From a bacterium (lineage in GTDB: Bacteria; UBA8248), in contig CBDCRP010000003.1 in the NCBI GenBank assembly GCA_965221165.1, forward strand, positions 320,001 through 384,000: 64,000 bases of DNA, in the 5' to 3' direction. Shown piece by piece: positions 20,087 through 31,520 of this stretch (positions are counted from its first letter, which is position 1; each line of letters opens with the position of its first letter). A model generated the notes under the pieces. It saw only the letters and a program-made list of their open reading frames with translations. It ran no database searches and was not told where the DNA came from. The translations under genes were made by a program, and so were the position numbers.

Positions 20087-20710
20087 ATGAGCGAATACCA
20101 GGAATTCGACCCCAACGAGATAGAGCGGCGCGAGGTGTACCGGCTGCTCACCGGCTCCATCGTTCCCCGCCCCATCGGCTGGGCGTCATCCATCAGCAAA
20201 GACGGGATTTACAACATAGCGCCTTTCAGCTTCTTCACCTGCGTGTGCGTCGCGCCGCCGATGATATCGCTCACCGTGGCGCGAAATCCCGATGGAACCA
20301 AAAAGCACACACTCATCAACGCGGAGGAAACCGGAGAATTCTGCTTCAACGTGGTCACCGAGCGCCACTGGGAGCAGATGGTCGATACGGCGAACGGCAT
20401 TCCGGCGCAGGAGAGCGAGTTCGACGCCACCGGCCTCGAACAGGTTCCCGCCAAGAAAGTGAAAGCGCCCCGCATCAAGGACGCGCCCATTCACTTCGAG
20501 TGCAAGACCCACAACGTGTTCGAACTGGGACCGAACAAACACCCGCTTCTAATCGGAGAAGTCGTCTATTTCCACGTCAATCCGGACGTCATGACGCGCA
20601 AATACATCGACATGAAAAAACTGGGTCCCATCGGCCGCTTAAACGGCTTTTGGCAATGCACGCTCGGGGAACTCCTGGAAAGAAGTTTCGAGGACGGCCA
20701 ACCGAGATAG
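20087..20710 (+). CDS. Flavin reductase family protein (DIM6/NTAB)
   Basis: IVPRPIGW, NIAPFSFF, FECK, IGRL. Confidence 0.88.
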   Translation: MSEYQEFDPNEIERREVYRLLTGSIVPRPIGWASSISKDGIYNIAPFSFFTCVCVAPPMISLTVARNPDGTKKHTLINAEETGEFCFNVVTERHWEQMVDTANGIPAQESEFDATGLEQVPAKKVKAPRIKDAPIHFECKTHNVFELGPNKHPLLIGEVVYFHVNPDVMTRKYIDMKKLGPIGRLNGFWQCTLGELLERSFEDGQPR

Positions 20711-20807
20711 GGCGGGGAGGCTTCATCCCGGCCGTTTTGGCGATGCGGAGCAGAACGAGCCTGAAAATAACTAGAATATACTTTATATATTCAACATAAT
20801 ATATTGT

Positions 20808-21014
20808 TTACCCTGCATCGAATCCGGTATCTTGAACGGCGGCGCGCAAGGCGCCGAGAGTCGTCGCCTTTTCATCGAAAACGACCGTCGCCTTGCCCCC
20901 CTCCAGATCGACGGCGGCCTCGGCCACGCCTTTTACACCACTGAGCGCCTCGTGCACTGCGGATTGGCACATCTCACAACTCATTCCGCCTACGGCGATC
21001 TCCGCTTTTTCCAT
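20808..21014 (-). CDS. copZ: Copper chaperone (HMA domain)
   Basis: GMSCEMC motif; follows copA. Confidence 0.88.
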   Translation of the reverse strand: MEKAEIAVGGMSCEMCQSAVHEALSGVKGVAEAAVDLEGGKATVVFDEKATTLGALRAAVQDTGFDAG

Positions 21015-21136
21015 TTGAAATCTCTCTCCATTCAAGAAAACCGAGTCGATACAGGGTCCACAAAGGCTCCGGGATTACTCCAAAACATGCCTCGGGCGAG
21101 AAAACAATGGCCCCGCGGCAAGCCGCCCGCCGAAAT

Positions 21137-23548
21137 CTAGTCCACACTCCCCGAATGGGTGGGCTTCCATTTTCGCAACAACAAGGTGTTCGACACGACG
21201 GATACGGAACTGAACGCCATGGCCGCCCCCGCAACGACGGGGCTTAAAAACCCGAACGCCGCCAGGGGTATGCCGAGAACGTTGTAGAAAAACGCCCAAA
21301 ACAGGTTCTGGCGAATTTTCCGCATCACAGTCTTCGATAGGTGAACCCCCGCCACGACGCCCATCAAATCGCCCTGCATCAGCGTGATGTCCGATGCCTC
21401 CATGGCGATGTCCGTCCCCGTACCAATCGCGAACCCCACGTCCGCGGCGGCCAGAGCCGGGGCGTCGTTGATGCCGTCGCCCACCATGCCCACCTTTTTG
21501 TCGCCTCGTCTGAGTTGCTCCACCATGGCGGCCTTTTCATCCGGCATCACGCCCGCCATCACTTGGGCGATGCCCGCTTGCGACGCCATGGCCCGCGCCG
21601 TTCGCTCGTTGTCGCCCGTCATCATATAGACCTCGATTCCCATGCGCTGGAGCGCTTCGACCGCTTCGGCCGAACCCTCCTTCAGGGTATCGGCGACGCC
21701 GATTGCGCCCAGCAAACCCTCTCGATCGGCGATGAGCACCACGGTTTTCCCCTGCGACTCGAGATGGTGAATCTCATCGATATGGCCAGGTGCGCCCACG
21801 CCATGCTCGGCCATGAACTTTTCGTTGCCCAGGTATATTTTTCGCCCCCCTACTCCCGCTTCCAGGCCATGTCCGGGGTAGGCCCTGAAATCACGCATCT
21901 CGAGTAATTCCGCGCCGCGCGCTTCGGCCTCATCCACTATCGCCACCCCCAAGGGGTGTTCCGAACCTTGCTCCGCACTCGCCGCGAGCCTGAGCAACTC
22001 CCCTTCGGGCAACCCGTTCAGCGGCAATATGTCGGTCACCACGGGGGCTCCCCGGGTCAGCGTGCCCGTCTTGTCCATGACGATGGCGTCGAGTTTGTGC
22101 GCCGTTTCCAGAGACTCGCCGCCTTTGATGAGAATGCCCGCCTCGGCCCCTTTTCCCGTGCCCACCATGATGGCCGTAGGCGTCGCCAGCCCCAAGGCGC
22201 ACGGGCACGCGATGACCAAAACGGCGACGGCGTTTATCAGCGCGGGCGCGAACGGCCCCACGGCGTCCCATAGAACATACGTGACGACCGCAATTACCAG
22301 CACGACGGGCACGAAAATGCCCGAAACCCTGTCCGCGGTGCGCTGAATCGGGGCCTTGGAGCCTTGCGCCTGCTCCACCATGCGTATTATCTGGGCCAGC
22401 AGCGTTTCTTTTCCCACCCTCAAAGCCCGGAACTTCACCGCTCCGTCGATGTTGAGCGTAGCCCCGGTAACGCCGTCCCCCACTTGTTTTTCCGCGGGAA
22501 TGCTCTCGCCCGTGAGCATCGACTCATCCACGGAAGTCGCGCCCTCCACGATAATCCCGTCCACAGGATATTTCTCGCCCGGCCGCACCATCACGACGTC
22601 CCCAACCCGGACTTGATCTACGGGGACCTCGTGCTCCTCCCCGTCGCGGAGTACCCGCGCCGTCTTCGCCTGAAGCCCCATCAATTTTTTTATCGCCTCG
22701 GAAGTTTTGCCCATGGCGCGCTCTTCGAGCACCTTTCCGAGCAAAATGAGCGTAATCAGAATCGCGGACGCCTCGAAATACACGTGGTTCGCGCTCAAGC
22801 CCCACAGGGTCACCACGCTGCTGTGCAGCCATGCCGCGCTCGTACCCAGGGCGACGAGAACGTCCATGTTCGCACCACCGCCCATCAGCGAATGATACGC
22901 CCCCCGGTAAAACCGCCGGCCCACGATGAACTGCACGGGCGTGGCGAGTGCGAATTGCCACCATCTGGGGAATTCCCAGCCCCCTGCGCCCGGGAGCATG
23001 CCCGCCATCTGTATGAGAAGCGGTGCGGATAAAACTGAAGAGAGGAGCAAAAGACGCATATTTTTTTGAAGCTGCCGCTCTCGTTTCAGCTTCTCCGCAT
23101 CTTGTTCTTCATCCATCACGAGACGGGCCGGATATCCCGCCTGCTCCACGTATTCGAGAATCTCATCGGCAGAAACGACGGCCGGCTGGAATTCGACCCG
23201 GCCACGGCCCCTCATGTGGTCCACACGGGAGGATAAAACGCCATCGAGCCCGTTTAACCGTTCCTCCAGGCGGGCGGTATCCGTCGCGTTGTCCAACCCT
23301 TCTATGGCGAGTTCGACTTGGGAATGCGGAACGCGGAAACCTGTTTTTTCGACCCTTTCGGCGATATCGGCGGGCGTCACCTGGGCGGGAACGAACTCGA
23401 CCTGCGCGCGCGCCAGGGTCAGATTCACATTGGCGCGCAATACGCCATCGAGCGCGCCGAGCCGTTTTTCCAGCCTTGCGGAACACGCCGCGCACGACAT
23501 GCCCTCGACCGGAATCTCCAATTTTTCAGGAATGGAATTTATCGACAT
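21137..23548 (-). CDS. copA: Cu(I)-exporting P1B-type ATPase
   Basis: [42 protein letters not shown] and MAFSS. Confidence 0.95.
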   Translation of the reverse strand: MSINSIPEKLEIPVEGMSCAACSARLEKRLGALDGVLRANVNLTLARAQVEFVPAQVTPADIAERVEKTGFRVPHSQVELAIEGLDNATDTARLEERLNGLDGVLSSRVDHMRGRGRVEFQPAVVSADEILEYVEQAGYPARLVMDEEQDAEKLKRERQLQKNMRLLLLSSVLSAPLLIQMAGMLPGAGGWEFPRWWQFALATPVQFIVGRRFYRGAYHSLMGGGANMDVLVALGTSAAWLHSSVVTLWGLSANHVYFEASAILITLILLGKVLEERAMGKTSEAIKKLMGLQAKTARVLRDGEEHEVPVDQVRVGDVVMVRPGEKYPVDGIIVEGATSVDESMLTGESIPAEKQVGDGVTGATLNIDGAVKFRALRVGKETLLAQIIRMVEQAQGSKAPIQRTADRVSGIFVPVVLVIAVVTYVLWDAVGPFAPALINAVAVLVIACPCALGLATPTAIMVGTGKGAEAGILIKGGESLETAHKLDAIVMDKTGTLTRGAPVVTDILPLNGLPEGELLRLAASAEQGSEHPLGVAIVDEAEARGAELLEMRDFRAYPGHGLEAGVGGRKIYLGNEKFMAEHGVGAPGHIDEIHHLESQGKTVVLIADREGLLGAIGVADTLKEGSAEAVEALQRMGIEVYMMTGDNERTARAMASQAGIAQVMAGVMPDEKAAMVEQLRRGDKKVGMVGDGINDAPALAAADVGFAIGTGTDIAMEASDITLMQGDLMGVVAGVHLSKTVMRKIRQNLFWAFFYNVLGIPLAAFGFLSPVVAGAAMAFSSVSVVSNTLLLRKWKPTHSGSVD

Positions 23549-23557
23549 ACCGCACTC

Positions 23558-24706
23558 CTAGCCCAAGGCCTGAAGTTTTACGCTCACGCTCATCCGGTTC
23601 CCGCCGCGCATGTAGTGGACTTCTACGACGTCCCCCACCTTATGCGCATCCAGCGCGTCCAATAAGTCATCGAGCGAGGCAACGGATTTCTCCGCCACGC
23701 CTACAATAACGTCCCCGAGCACGAGCCGGCCTCCCCGGCCTCTTCCCGTGCCGCGCAACCCTGCGGCCTCGGCCGCGCTGCCTTTTTGCACGCGAATGAT
23801 CAACACCCCTCGTATTCCCAGGCGCTGCGTCGTTCCCCTGTCGGCCACGTGGATGCCGAGACCCGGCCTGATGACGCGGCCATGACGAATCAGTTGGGGC
23901 ACCACCCTGTTCACGGTATCCACGGGAACCGCGAAACCGATGCCCGAACTGGAGCCGGAAGGGCTGAAAATGGCGGTGTTGACGCCTATGAGACGACCGG
24001 CGCTGTCCAGGAGAGGTCCCCCGGAATTCCCCGGGTTGATCGCCGCGTCGGTTTGAATGACGCCGCTGATTTTTCGGCCCGACACGCCGTTTATCTCGCG
24101 CCCCAGGGCGCTGATGATCCCCGTCGTGAGCGTTTGGTCCAACCCGAAGGGATTGCCGATGGCGAACACCCTTTGGCCCACCTGCAAGTTGCCCGACTGG
24201 CCGATGGCGATCGGCTTCAGGCGGGTTCTCGGCGCGTTGATGAAGAGAACCGCCAGATCCCGATCCGGCGATACTCCCACCACGCTCGCATCCCACTCGG
24301 AGTTATCCGCCAGGGTGACGCGCAGGGAGCTCGTTCCCTGAACGACGTGAAAGTTCGTGATGATGTGTCCCTGATTGTTCCAGACGATGCCCGAGCCCGT
24401 GCCTTGCGGAATCTCGAACGTGTTGAGGCTGAACCTGTCGCGCCTCATCGCCAGCCTCGTGATGTAGGCGACCGACGGGGAGGAGATGCGGAAAAGCTCT
24501 ATGTTGGATTTTTCTTCGGAAGCGAGATCGCCACGCGGGGTGACGACGCGGGGCACGGCGTTCGGGTCATGAACACCGCCGAAATAGCGCTCCGCGAACA
24601 GCCACGCGAGGGCTGCGCCCAGTAAAAAAACGCACCACAGGAGCCATCGCCATCTGCTGGATCGCAGGTGGCTGCCCCGCCTGAATTCATGATCTCCCCC
24701 GTTCAT
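23558..24706 (-). CDS. HtrA/DegP-family serine protease with PDZ domain
   Basis: N-terminal TM, ITNFHV, DLAVL, INPGNSGGPL, C-terminal PDZ. Confidence 0.92.
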   Translation of the reverse strand: MNGGDHEFRRGSHLRSSRWRWLLWCVFLLGAALAWLFAERYFGGVHDPNAVPRVVTPRGDLASEEKSNIELFRISSPSVAYITRLAMRRDRFSLNTFEIPQGTGSGIVWNNQGHIITNFHVVQGTSSLRVTLADNSEWDASVVGVSPDRDLAVLFINAPRTRLKPIAIGQSGNLQVGQRVFAIGNPFGLDQTLTTGIISALGREINGVSGRKISGVIQTDAAINPGNSGGPLLDSAGRLIGVNTAIFSPSGSSSGIGFAVPVDTVNRVVPQLIRHGRVIRPGLGIHVADRGTTQRLGIRGVLIIRVQKGSAAEAAGLRGTGRGRGGRLVLGDVIVGVAEKSVASLDDLLDALDAHKVGDVVEVHYMRGGNRMSVSVKLQALG

Positions 24707-25335
24707 TCCGACTTCCCTTTCTGCGCCCAAGGCAGGCTCATGAAAGCACGCTCGCAGTCTTCGTATAAAGATGCCTCATCCCGGGAGCACCTCGCAATGA
24801 TATGCGCACCCTGAATTTGGGAGAAAAAAGAACGCGCATGTACAAGCGGGTCGACATTTTCGGGAAGTTCCCCCTCATCTTGCGACTGCGCCAATGCACG
24901 AGCGATTTTCTCGAAAACCCCGTCCCAAACCCCTTTGAGCCGCAGGCGCATCTCCTCATCCAGGGCGCTGAGTTCGAGCGACATGTTCCCGATGGGGCAT
25001 CCGCAGCACGGGGAATCCTGCATCGGCATCCGGGCGTAAAGCTCCGCCAGACGCCTTATTTTCTCACGCCCCTTCACTTGTGCATCAAACGAAGGGGAGA
25101 GGTAGTTTTCGTCAAGAAGATATTCATAGTGATCGATGACGGCGAGCCCTAAATTTTTCTTGGAGCGGAAAAAATAATACAAACTCCCCCGGTTCACCCG
25201 GGCGGCTTGCGCCACCATATCCAGCGAAGTGGCGTGAAACCCTCTGTGATAGACGAGCCTTGCGGCCGCTTCTATGATTTTTTGTTTCGTCGGGGATGCC
25301 TTTGGGCCTTTTGGGGGCGCCGTAGCCATTTCCAT
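24703..25335 (-). CDS. TetR/AcrR regulator (NemR/ComR-like)
   Basis: HTH GSLYYFFRSK; CCGCPIGN; stop overlaps the degP start. Confidence 0.88.
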   Translation of the reverse strand: MEMATAPPKGPKASPTKQKIIEAAARLVYHRGFHATSLDMVAQAARVNRGSLYYFFRSKKNLGLAVIDHYEYLLDENYLSPSFDAQVKGREKIRRLAELYARMPMQDSPCCGCPIGNMSLELSALDEEMRLRLKGVWDGVFEKIARALAQSQDEGELPENVDPLVHARSFFSQIQGAHIIARCSRDEASLYEDCERAFMSLPWAQKGKSE

Positions 25336-25414
25336 CTTCTCTCCCCTGTGCAAGTTGAAAACTCGCCTCCTTGAACCAATGCGCCGAAACCAGACCGAAA
25401 AGGCGCACAAGGCA

Positions 25415-25447
25415 TATATAATATTTTTTAGTTAGTTAGTCAACTAA
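25415..25447 (-). promoter_or_regulatory. Sigma70-type promoter with overlapping palindromic operator
   Basis: Minus strand TTGACT-17nt-TATATA; palindrome TTAGTT-N4-AACTAA at 25432-25447 overlaps the -35. Confidence 0.65.
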
Positions 25448-25484
25448 ATTGGGGATATTTTCATAAGCCCATCGCGAAAATCCG

Positions 25485-26423
25485 TTACGCAGAGAGTTCT
25501 TGTAAGTGCGCTGCGACGGAACGCTCCAGGGCGTCGAGATCGTATCCGCCCTCGAGCAGGCTGATGAGGCGCCCCTCGCACAGGTTTTCGGCAAGCGTCT
25601 TCATCCAAGCGGTCAAGCGGGCGAAACCGGCTTCTGTGATCATCAGCCCCCCGAGCGGGTCGTCGCGGTGCGCGTCGAAACCCGCCGATACGACGATTGC
25701 CTCCGGTCCATGCGCTTCAACGGCGGGGATGACGGATTCTCGAAATTTCACCAGATATTCTTCCTCGGGAGTTCCCGCCGCTATGGGAATGTTCAGCGTC
25801 TTGCCCTCACCGGCCCCTTCTCCCGTCTCGCCCGCGAGCCCCGTGCCCGGGTAGTGGGGATGTTGATGCAGGGAAATGAAAAGCACGTCCGGATCGCGCC
25901 AGAAGATATCCTGCGTGCCGTTTCCATGGTGCACGTCCCAATCCACCACGGCGATTTTCTTAGACCCATGTTTTTCCCGTAGATATCGAACCAGGATAGA
26001 CGCGGTGGCGAACAGGCAAAAACCCATGGATTGAAAGGGCAAGGCATGGTGGCCCGGCGGTCTTGCGGCGCAAAAGGCGTTGTCCACCTCACCGGCGGCG
26101 ACGGCGTCCGCCGCACTCAAGGCGGCATCCACGGCGGCGAGCGCGGCCTCATAGCTTCCGGGGCCGGCCTGCGTGTCGCCGCCATCCAGAATACACCTGC
26201 CCGCCGCGCACGTTTCGCGCACGAACCGGTGGTGTGATTCCTCATGCACCCGCAAAACCCACTCCGAGGGCTCGTGGGGCGTAATCTCCATATGTCTGAG
26301 CGATGGGACTTGCGGAACAATCCTCTCGGGCGCGAGGCGTCTGGCGCGCTCGACGTTCTCCACATGGCGGCCATTGTCGTGCAGCAGCGATTCGGGCGTC
26401 CAGAAATACGCAGTCCGGCTCAA
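25485..26423 (-). CDS. Histone deacetylase family protein
   Basis: RPPGHHA, GFC, DWDVHHGNGTQ, SAGFDAH, LEGGY. Confidence 0.92.
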   Translation of the reverse strand: MSRTAYFWTPESLLHDNGRHVENVERARRLAPERIVPQVPSLRHMEITPHEPSEWVLRVHEESHHRFVRETCAAGRCILDGGDTQAGPGSYEAALAAVDAALSAADAVAAGEVDNAFCAARPPGHHALPFQSMGFCLFATASILVRYLREKHGSKKIAVVDWDVHHGNGTQDIFWRDPDVLFISLHQHPHYPGTGLAGETGEGAGEGKTLNIPIAAGTPEEEYLVKFRESVIPAVEAHGPEAIVVSAGFDAHRDDPLGGLMITEAGFARLTAWMKTLAENLCEGRLISLLEGGYDLDALERSVAAHLQELSA

Positions 26424-27337
26424 TGGAGTCTCACCCTGGGGTCGAGGACGGAATACATCAAATCAACAATGAGGTTCAAAGACACGAAAATCAGGGCGGT
26501 AATGGTCACCGAGGCCTGCACCAGGGGGAAATCCTTGGCGTAGACGGCCTGGATCAGGAGCCTCCCCACGCCCGGCCAGGAGAAAATCGTCTCGACGATT
26601 ACCGCACCCCCCAGCAGGTGCCCGAATTCCAGACCAATAATCGTAATCACCGGAATCATGGAGTTCCTGAGCACGTGCAGATTAATGACGATCCACTCGG
26701 AGAGCCCCTTCGCACGGGCGGTCTTCACATATTCATGACGCAGAACCTCCAGCATGGAGCTTCGGACCACCCGCGTATTTCTCGCAATCGAGTAGGTGGA
26801 AAGCGCAATGGCGGGCAATACGAGATGCTCCCAGCCGCTTCTTCCGCTGACCGGCAGCCACCTCAGACTCACTCCGAAGATCAGGATCAGCATCAGCCCG
26901 AGCCAGAAAACGGGCATGGATTGCCCCAGGAGCGCGAAAAGCATTCCCCCATGATCGTATGGGGAGCCGCGCTGCGTCGCGCTGACGACTCCTAACGGAA
27001 ACGCCAGGATAATCGAGAGTACGAGCGCCACGAGGGCGAGTTCCAGAGTCGCGGGCAGACGCTCCATAATGAGTTCGAACGCGGGCTGGCGATAGCGCAG
27101 GCTTTCGCCGAAATCACCCTGCACGGCCCTGCCCACGTATCGCCCGTATTGCACGAACCAGGGCTTGTCGAGACCCATGTCCTGGCGGAGTTGCTTCACC
27201 TCCTGGACCGTCCAGTCCTCACCCACCATGGTGTCCGTCGGGTCGCCCGATAGGAACAAGACGGCGAACGAGATGAAGCTCACGCCGGCCACGACAACGA
27301 TGGCCCGGATGACTCTTCTGAAAAGATAAGCGCCCAT
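26420..27337 (-). CDS. Peptide/nickel ABC permease (DppB-like)
   Basis: GDFGES, MPVFWLG, TARAKGL, ETIFSWPGVG. Confidence 0.92.
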   Translation of the reverse strand: MGAYLFRRVIRAIVVVAGVSFISFAVLFLSGDPTDTMVGEDWTVQEVKQLRQDMGLDKPWFVQYGRYVGRAVQGDFGESLRYRQPAFELIMERLPATLELALVALVLSIILAFPLGVVSATQRGSPYDHGGMLFALLGQSMPVFWLGLMLILIFGVSLRWLPVSGRSGWEHLVLPAIALSTYSIARNTRVVRSSMLEVLRHEYVKTARAKGLSEWIVINLHVLRNSMIPVITIIGLEFGHLLGGAVIVETIFSWPGVGRLLIQAVYAKDFPLVQASVTITALIFVSLNLIVDLMYSVLDPRVRLH

Positions 27338-27338
27338 C

Positions 27339-28886
27339 TTATTGTTTCGCTTCTTTCAACCGAATCGCGGGCAGATAGATTCTCTCATCCGGCCTCGGCG
27401 TCCACTGCGTTCTGGCGCTTAAGCCGAAAAAATCATACTGGTTCCATAAAAATACCCACGGGCTTTCCTCATGAACGATGCGCTGCATCCGGTAGCTGAT
27501 TCGCCTGCGCACGTCGGGGTCGAACGTCTGGCCGAGCATCTTGTAATTTTCAATAAACTCCCGGTTCCTCCAGGCGGTGAGGTTGGCGAAAAGGTTAGGC
27601 CGCAAAACGCCCAGGTCGAGTTCTTCGTTGAAGGCGGAGCTGAACCCGTGAAAATACAGGGGCGCCAGCGTCTTTTTTCTTCTTCTGGCGAGGAAAACGG
27701 ACCACTCCAGGGGAATGACCTCCACCAGGACGCCCACGGCGCGGAAATAAGCCGCTATGAATTCTGACATCTCCTTTCCTTTCAAGTACCTGGAGGATGG
27801 AACTTCAAGTTTCAGTTCAAATGGTATGCCATTCGCCTCCAGGACGCCGTCTCCATTGGTATCCTTGAGACCGGCCTCGGCGAGGAGCGCTTTCGCCTTT
27901 TGGGGATCGTAGGCGTCGGCCTTCATGTTCGGGTCGGCGTTCGGGGCGTTCACGATGCTCCTCATCCGCGAGCCGTGACCCAGAAATACGTTCTTGACGA
28001 TAGCTTCGAAATCAACCGCGTGGTTCAGCGCCCGGCGGACGCGCGCATCGCCCAGCACGCCATGGTCCGTGCGAATTCCCAGATAAATCCTGCGTCCTCC
28101 CCGAGCCCCCTTGAGTTGGAGACCCTCTTCCCTCGCCATGATGGTTTTCGACTGATCGGGCGAGATGTTCATGATGACGTCGGCCCCGCCCGTCTCGAGC
28201 TCCCCTATGCGGGCCGAAGCCTCGGACACCGGCCGCCAGACCACCTTTCCTATTGCAGGCTCACCCCGCCACCAGCTATCGTTGGCCTCCATCTCGATGC
28301 GGTCGTCCTTGATCCACTTCACCAGTTTGTACGGCCCCGTGCCCACGGGCTTTCGCAGCAATTCCTTGGGCGGAGTGGATGAATAGTATTTCGGCGGCAA
28401 CATGAACGCGTTCACCATCCACACCGGCAGGGTGGCGACCGGGCGCCTGGTGTGAATCTTCACGGTGTGGGAACCCACTTTTTCTATCCTGTCCAGGAAA
28501 ATCCTGCGGTAGACCGTGATGCGGGGCTTGAGCTTCGCATCGCGCATGCGCTCGAACGTGTATCGCACGGATTCGGCATCGAACGGTTCACCGTTATGAA
28601 ACCTGACCCCCTTGCGCAGATGAAACGTCCAGACCTTTTTCGTCTCGTCCACCTCCCAGCGCTCGGCCAGGGCGGGCGCAAGCTTCATGTCGTCGCGCCG
28701 CTCGATGAGAGGGTCGAACATGTTCATCAAGATGCTCCACTCGATGGTGGCGGTCGCAAAATGGGGGTCCAGCGTATTGGCCTCCACCGAGAGGAGGACC
28801 GTAAAGGGCCCTTCTCTCGCTTCGCGGCCGCAGGCGGCGAGCCCTAAAAGCAACAGGCAAATTCCACCGAGCAGGAGCCTTTTCAT
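27339..28886 (-). CDS. Peptide/nickel ABC substrate-binding lipoprotein (family 5)
   Basis: LAAC lipobox, LRKGVRFHNG, PVGTGPY, RVRRALNHAVD. Confidence 0.92.
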   Translation of the reverse strand: MKRLLLGGICLLLLGLAACGREAREGPFTVLLSVEANTLDPHFATATIEWSILMNMFDPLIERRDDMKLAPALAERWEVDETKKVWTFHLRKGVRFHNGEPFDAESVRYTFERMRDAKLKPRITVYRRIFLDRIEKVGSHTVKIHTRRPVATLPVWMVNAFMLPPKYYSSTPPKELLRKPVGTGPYKLVKWIKDDRIEMEANDSWWRGEPAIGKVVWRPVSEASARIGELETGGADVIMNISPDQSKTIMAREEGLQLKGARGGRRIYLGIRTDHGVLGDARVRRALNHAVDFEAIVKNVFLGHGSRMRSIVNAPNADPNMKADAYDPQKAKALLAEAGLKDTNGDGVLEANGIPFELKLEVPSSRYLKGKEMSEFIAAYFRAVGVLVEVIPLEWSVFLARRRKKTLAPLYFHGFSSAFNEELDLGVLRPNLFANLTAWRNREFIENYKMLGQTFDPDVRRRISYRMQRIVHEESPWVFLWNQYDFFGLSARTQWTPRPDERIYLPAIRLKEAKQ

Positions 28887-28915
28887 GCACAAATTCCCTT
28901 CAAAAACCAAAATGC

Positions 28916-29848
28916 CTACATATCATCGCCGAGGCGGGGGTCCATGTAGTCCCGCAGCCAGTCGCCGATGAGGTTGATGCTCAGCACCGTCGCCATGATG
29001 GCGAGCCCCGGAAAGGTCGCCATCCACCAGGCGCCGCGTAGATACTCGCGCCCCTCGGACAACATGCCGCCCCAGGTGACGACCGAAGGCGGAACGCCCA
29101 GGCCCAGAAAACTCAGCGAAGATTCGGAAATAATGTTTCCCGCCACGGCGAACGTGGCGATGACGATCAGAGGCGACAAGGTATTGGGCAGAATCTGCAT
29201 GAACAATATGCGGTACAGCGGGTAGCCCAAGGCGTGTGTGGCTTCCACGAATTCCCGCTCCCTGATCGAGATGACCTGGCCTCTGACCACGCGGCCGTAG
29301 GCCACCCAACGGCTGATCCCCAGCACGATGATGATGTTGAGGAGACCCGGCCCGAGGACCGCCATGATCGTGATGGCCAGAAGAATGAAGGGAAACGCCA
29401 GTTGAATTTCTGAAAACCCGCTGATGAGATCGTCTATTTTTCCGCCGAAAAAGCCCGAAACGAGGCCCAGGACGATGCCGATGACCCCTGAAATCACCAC
29501 CGAACTCAAACCCACAAGAATCGAGACGCGGCCTCCGTAAATGAGCCGGCTTAGAATATCCCGGCCCAGCGCATCGGTTCCCAATGCATAACTCGCGCTA
29601 CCTCCCTCCACCCACACGGGAGGCTTCAGGCGCAGATTCACATCCACTTTCCGCGGGTTTTGGGGCGCGATGAGAGGGGCCGAAAGAGACACGACGACGA
29701 GCAGGATGAGGAAAACGCCGCCGAGCATCGCCGGTTTGGCGCGCATCATGCTTCGGCGAAATTTCTCCCACCTCAGCTCCGAGGCCGACATCACGGTGTA
29801 TTCACCCGCATCAAAAGCCGATTCGGGCATTTCTCTCTCTTCCGCCAT
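28916..29848 (-). CDS. Peptide/nickel ABC permease (DppC-like)
   Basis: LGTDALGRD, SLSFLGLG, GDWLRD. Confidence 0.92.
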   Translation of the reverse strand: MAEEREMPESAFDAGEYTVMSASELRWEKFRRSMMRAKPAMLGGVFLILLVVVSLSAPLIAPQNPRKVDVNLRLKPPVWVEGGSASYALGTDALGRDILSRLIYGGRVSILVGLSSVVISGVIGIVLGLVSGFFGGKIDDLISGFSEIQLAFPFILLAITIMAVLGPGLLNIIIVLGISRWVAYGRVVRGQVISIREREFVEATHALGYPLYRILFMQILPNTLSPLIVIATFAVAGNIISESSLSFLGLGVPPSVVTWGGMLSEGREYLRGAWWMATFPGLAIMATVLSINLIGDWLRDYMDPRLGDDM

Positions 29849-30015
29849 GTATGAACTCTCGCGCCTTGGTGGCGTTATTTCAGGATGTGAGACATTTCAT
29901 ATCCTAGCATAGCGCTGGGTGAGTTGCAGAAGCCCCCGAGGGTGAAATCGCCATTTCCCAAAACGTCGAATTATGTTGATATCCGCGAGGCTATCGAATT
30001 AGAATCTCATGTTTT

Positions 30016-31506
30016 TTGTTTTGGAATCGGCTGCCTATTTGTGGTGATTTTCCAAAAAGGGATGCCTCCTTGTCTCGATACACGAAAGATGATTTTAACG
30101 GGATGTTGACCTCCGCAGTTCCGGCCGGCTCGATATTCGGCTTCCAGGGCCTGCGCTCCACCGATTCGATTACCGTGGAAAATATCGTCCCCCTCGATTT
30201 CCTCATTGCCTGTGATTACGGGATAGACGGGCCGGAATGGGACGAACGCCTCCGTTATTTCGCCGTGGAACGCGGCCGGAAAAAACGAATCGTGTGGACG
30301 CATTCATCACTCGTGGAGGCGTACGAAGGAGCCCTGGGGCCGCAAATTCGTGAATTTCTCTCGCAAGGGAATGGCCGCCAATACATCATCCCCTATCGTT
30401 CCACGGAATTTCTCGGCCAACTCGCGGAACAAGCCGGGGGAAGGCTCCGCATTCTGGCGAATCCGGTGGAAATCAAGACGAGATTCGACGACAAGGTATC
30501 CTTCCGCCGCCAGGCCATCGAAGCGGGGCTCGGCGTTCCTCCGGGCGAAGTGGTGGCCCTGGGAAGCCTCGGCGCCAAAGAGCTCGAAGAATTCGGACCC
30601 GTCATGATTATTTCGGAGAGAATCGGTTCATCCGGCAACCAGACGCACCTCATCGACTCAACCGAAGCGCTCTCGCAGAAGCGAAATGAACTCATCGATA
30701 AACTGGGTCTCGATGCGCTGGTGATCGTGACCGCATTCCTGGATGGTCCCGCCCTCGGCGCAGCGGGGGTGATCTGCAACGGAAAACCCTGGATGTCCCA
30801 CCCTTCGGTGATGTTCACCGGAATCCCCGGCTGCTCGATGCACCGCTTCGATTACGCCGGCAGCGACTACGCGGCGTATCGGCAGGTTTCACGGGAGAGC
30901 CGGCGGAAAATCGAGGAAGCCACCCTCAAGATCGGAGACTGGATAGCGGAGGCGGGCTACCGGGGGATATACGGCGTCGATTTCATCGTCCATCGGGACG
31001 AACCCTACGCCATCGAACTCAACCCGCGCGTGCTGGGAACCACCCAATTGATGACCGAACTCGAAGAAATCCATAGCAACGCCCCCACCACCACCTATTG
31101 GCATTTGGCGGAATTTCTTGACCGGAGCGACGATATCGACGCGCATCGGGATTTACTCGCCGATCTCGGCCAACCTGATTTGTCCGGTTTTCAGCTTTTG
31201 ATTCGAAACACGAGCTCTCAGCGAGTGAAAATCGGCCACTCGCTGGCGCCTGGAATCTACACCCTCCCAAAAAAGAGCCCGGAATTCATCAGGCAGGGGC
31301 ATCGCTTGCGTGAGGTTCAGGAACAAGATGAGGTTCTGGTTACTTGCTCTCCTCCGGCGAAAGGCACCATAGTAGAACCGAGGGGGACGTTCTGTAAGCT
31401 CGAGGGCGTTTCATCGATCTATGAGGGAGGGGAAAAACAGATATCCGAAGACGCTCAGGAAATGATACATACATTCATTCGCCATCTCGCTCTTTCTCCT
31501 GCTTAG
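30016..31506 (+). CDS. ATP-grasp domain protein of unknown function (start uncertain)
   Basis: FDDK, GSSGNQT loop, GYRGIYGVDF, IELNPR. Confidence 0.8.
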   Translation: MFWNRLPICGDFPKRDASLSRYTKDDFNGMLTSAVPAGSIFGFQGLRSTDSITVENIVPLDFLIACDYGIDGPEWDERLRYFAVERGRKKRIVWTHSSLVEAYEGALGPQIREFLSQGNGRQYIIPYRSTEFLGQLAEQAGGRLRILANPVEIKTRFDDKVSFRRQAIEAGLGVPPGEVVALGSLGAKELEEFGPVMIISERIGSSGNQTHLIDSTEALSQKRNELIDKLGLDALVIVTAFLDGPALGAAGVICNGKPWMSHPSVMFTGIPGCSMHRFDYAGSDYAAYRQVSRESRRKIEEATLKIGDWIAEAGYRGIYGVDFIVHRDEPYAIELNPRVLGTTQLMTELEEIHSNAPTTTYWHLAEFLDRSDDIDAHRDLLADLGQPDLSGFQLLIRNTSSQRVKIGHSLAPGIYTLPKKSPEFIRQGHRLREVQEQDEVLVTCSPPAKGTIVEPRGTFCKLEGVSSIYEGGEKQISEDAQEMIHTFIRHLALSPA

Positions 31507-31520
31507 GACATAGTAAAAAA

